From Rhizodiscina lignyota (Eukaryota), in the NCBI GenBank assembly GCA_010015805.1, contig ML978131.1, positions 620,001 to 684,000 on the forward strand: a stretch of 64,000 nucleotides of DNA, in the 5' to 3' direction. The position numbers and the translations under genes are program-made. Position 1 is the first letter of the stretch; each line of letters opens with the position of its first letter. Below, piece by piece: positions 61,378 through 64,000 of this stretch. The notes below the pieces were generated by a model. It saw only the letters and a list, made by a program, of their open reading frames with translations. It was not told where the DNA came from and did no database searches.

Positions 61378-62289
61378 ATGGCAACCGCAGCGCCCATCCA
61401 ACCAACTCCCATTCACAACCAAACCAATCCCTTCCACTCCTCCACTCTCGATGACTCCATCACAAATAAAGGCACACCCGTACCGCGTGGTCCCGTCACC
61501 GCGCCACTCATGTTCTACGCGCCACCCGCCGATGGTTCCAAGCCGTGGAACTACGTCGAGGACCCGCCCGCCGGCCAGCCCAAGTACAACTACAGCCTGC
61601 AGCCGCGCGAGGTGGAATTGAACGACATCCGTGGGCGGGAGTACGAGTTTAACCTTGACAGCAACGCCTTCGAGACGATTCGCGGCGTGCCGAGCGAGGA
61701 GAAGGACTTCAATGACGACGAGCACATCAAGCGCGTATACTACCCGGAGGTTGAGAAGCTGTTGTTGGAAAACGTGCCTGGTGCGAACAGGATCCTGCTG
61801 TTCGACCACACCATCAGGAGAGCACTGCCAAATGCGCATCGTGCGCCGGTACAGAGGGTGCACATCGATCAGACACCGTGGTCTGCTGAGGAGCGCGTGA
61901 AGTTCCACCTTCCCGACGAAGCAGAGCAGCTCCTGCAGAACCGGTACCGCATCATCAACGTGTGGCGTCCGCTGAACGGACCCGTCGTTTCATTCCCCCT
62001 CGCAGTCGCTGACTCGTCCACTGTTGTCGACGAAGATCTGGTTGGCATCGAACACAGGTATCCGCACCGCACCGGCGAGACGGCGATGGTGAAGAACAAC
62101 CCAAACCACAAGTGGTACTACTGGAGCGGCATGGACAATGACGAGAGGCTCCTGCTCAAGTGCTACGATAGCGACGAGATTCTGGGAAGGAATGGACGCG
62201 TACCACACACTGCTTTTGCAGACCCGAGGACGCCTGAGGGTGCTCCACAACGGGAGAGCATTGAGGTTAGGGCTTTGGTGTTTGGATAG
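61378..62289 (+). CDS. AsaB/CmcJ/NvfI (GA4-desaturase-like) Fe/2-oxoglutarate oxygenase family protein
   Basis: YYPEVEKLL, FDHTIR, VHIDQT, INVWRPL, PHTAF, RESIEVRA. Confidence 0.88.
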   Translation: MATAAPIQPTPIHNQTNPFHSSTLDDSITNKGTPVPRGPVTAPLMFYAPPADGSKPWNYVEDPPAGQPKYNYSLQPREVELNDIRGREYEFNLDSNAFETIRGVPSEEKDFNDDEHIKRVYYPEVEKLLLENVPGANRILLFDHTIRRALPNAHRAPVQRVHIDQTPWSAEERVKFHLPDEAEQLLQNRYRIINVWRPLNGPVVSFPLAVADSSTVVDEDLVGIEHRYPHRTGETAMVKNNPNHKWYYWSGMDNDERLLLKCYDSDEILGRNGRVPHTAFADPRTPEGAPQRESIEVRALVFG

Positions 62290-63675
62290 TGGTACTTCGT
62301 GAAAGACGGGAGATGAGACTACGAGGACATGATGAGATGAGATGTGCTGTCTGTACTTCTTGTAACTAAGGATTCTATTGTATAATTTCACCAAGTCAGA
62401 GGTGTCTCTTCCTTTGTGTGTACTGTGTTCCAAATACGCGTTTGCACATAGCAAAATCCAGCTTCATCCTTTCGCCAGCGTTGCACAACTCCGCCCAGTC
62501 TAAATGTGTAGCTCCACAGCCCGACTGATCGAGAATGTTTGCTTCACGGTCCGCCGGAGTAAGAGAGTGGCTTCTTCTCTCGGAACCAGGGAATCACAAT
62601 ATATCTGAAAATGATAGAAGCCAGCTAAATCTCTACTATATGCATATATGAGGGTGACGTGGGTTTAGGCTTTCTTGTATATAACTTCAAGGCGCCTGAA
62701 CTCTTACGGATACCTTGACTTGATCTAGTAGATCTTGCATTGCCGCGATCGTAGTCGAGGCCACCTCTATTCGCTCCGTCAATATGCTCGGCAGTATCCA
62801 CGTACTACGTTGTCAATCTTCCTAGCGACGAAGTCGTCAAGGCCCATCACTTGCATCCACTGGCCGCGCATGTGCCCCGACGATAGCACGTTTACGTCCT
62901 TCTCATCGTCAATCTCGTTGCACGTGATGTATGAAGACTCAATCGATAACCTCCTTTTCATGCCTGGTCTCTGCCGGGTACTTGAAGTTGTTGCAGATTA
63001 GACATTCGGTCAGGTCTACTGCGTGTGGCTGTCAAGAATCCGAGCGCGATGGGGCAGTAAAGAAGCCACAGGCCATAGGATTGGTATAGGAACGTCCCAG
63101 TGGAGATGCCTGAAAAGAAAAGCCTTAGAGAGTAGAAGAAAGATATAGGAACGATCTAGGGAACTGTCTAGGCTCTGTTGCTGAATCCCAACAGTAGGGT
63201 GAGTGCGTTATTCTAATCAGACTCGTGAGCCCCAGCAAGACCTTTCTGAGCATTACAACTAATTAGCTATCAAGGGTCTCTAGTACTTAAGAGGCTCCGA
63301 TGTTCATTATTCTTGAAATATAACGTGTCACTACGCCGTCGACGAGTACCTGATGTCCTCTGGTCGATACTGTAACATTTTGGATCACGTCCTGTGAGTC
63401 GCGCAGATCTGGGATCACGTAGATCTGGTGATGGCCTGGGGCAAGACATAATCAAGAATGCCACCATTGTTTCGTAGAGGAGATCATCATCGTGTGTCTC
63501 GGTCTTCATCATCTCCATCTCCGTTGTATATATATATCTTTAATGCAAGGTATATACCCACACTTGATGCCAAGCGTCACACCCCTGCACATGCACAACA
63601 ACCGCGTCCCCCACCCACAGCGCGACGCGCCGACATCATCGACAGAGTCAGCAGCAATGCTTTCACCGCGCAGAC

Positions 63676-64000
63676 ATGCCCGACAACATCCAGCAGCGCG
63701 TGGAGCATGCGCTCTCGCAGCTTGTCGAGAAAGTTGTCCCCGCTTACCCCGAAGATGACGACCAGGCATTGCAAGACCGACTCGACGATGCCTACGACTT
63801 CGCGATTGGCGTCGTTCAAGATGCTGGAGACACGCCGTTGAGCCCGGACGTCAATCATGCACACGATCTGATCAAGAAGAAGCTCATTCGAGACAACTTA
63901 GGCCCTGAGAAGGCGATGCGATTCTCGAATCTCTACTCGAGGCTTCTCACACTACCCGTACTACAAAACAAATGGGCGCTTCTTTACTTCCTATTCATTC
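63676..64000 (+). CDS. alp6: 5' part of gamma-tubulin complex component GCP3/Spc98; runs off the window; not in the ORF track
   Basis: Manual translation MPDNIQQRVEHAL...DVNHAHDLIKKKLIR...RFSNLYSRLLTLPVLQNKWALLYFL resembles the N-terminus of ascomycete GCP3. Confidence 0.75.
   Translation, partial: MPDNIQQRVEHALSQLVEKVVPAYPEDDDQALQDRLDDAYDFAIGVVQDAGDTPLSPDVNHAHDLIKKKLIRDNLGPEKAMRFSNLYSRLLTLPVLQNKWALLYFLFI

Noticed and set aside
62760..63520. Short minus-strand ORFs divergent from alp6
   Set aside because: Could be a decayed gene, but no family motif or consistent splice model was found

Overview
Fungal (filamentous ascomycete-like) genomic window with short GT-AG introns. Conserved-looking core genes (Fhl1-like FHA/forkhead factor, ugp1, a DUF7514-like protein, and the 5' end of alp6/GCP3) are interleaved with three accessory blocks. 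(1) About 16.8-26.7 kb looks like a decaying secondary-metabolite or effector island: a frameshifted Zn2Cys6 factor, RIP-like relics, a secreted-protein gene whose start appears to be ATA, an efflux MFS and a promoter array of CGG direct repeats. (2) About 26.8-38.0 kb is a candidate innate-immune / programmed-cell-death locus and the most interesting signal. A gasdermin-like (HET-Q1/RCD-1-type) gene sits head-to-head with a caspase-like CHAT protease-STAND(NB-ARC-like)-helical receptor and is followed by a helicase-less triple CbxX-type AAA+ ATPase. (3) About 41.1-62.3 kb is a backbone-less oxidative cluster (TRI12-family MFS, EthD, Zn-ADH, P450, SDR, peroxisomal CoA ligase, BVMO, Zn2Cys6 TF, AsaB-like dioxygenase) whose logic suggests catabolism of a cyclic compound. 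All calls come from manual motif recognition; no database searches were run.
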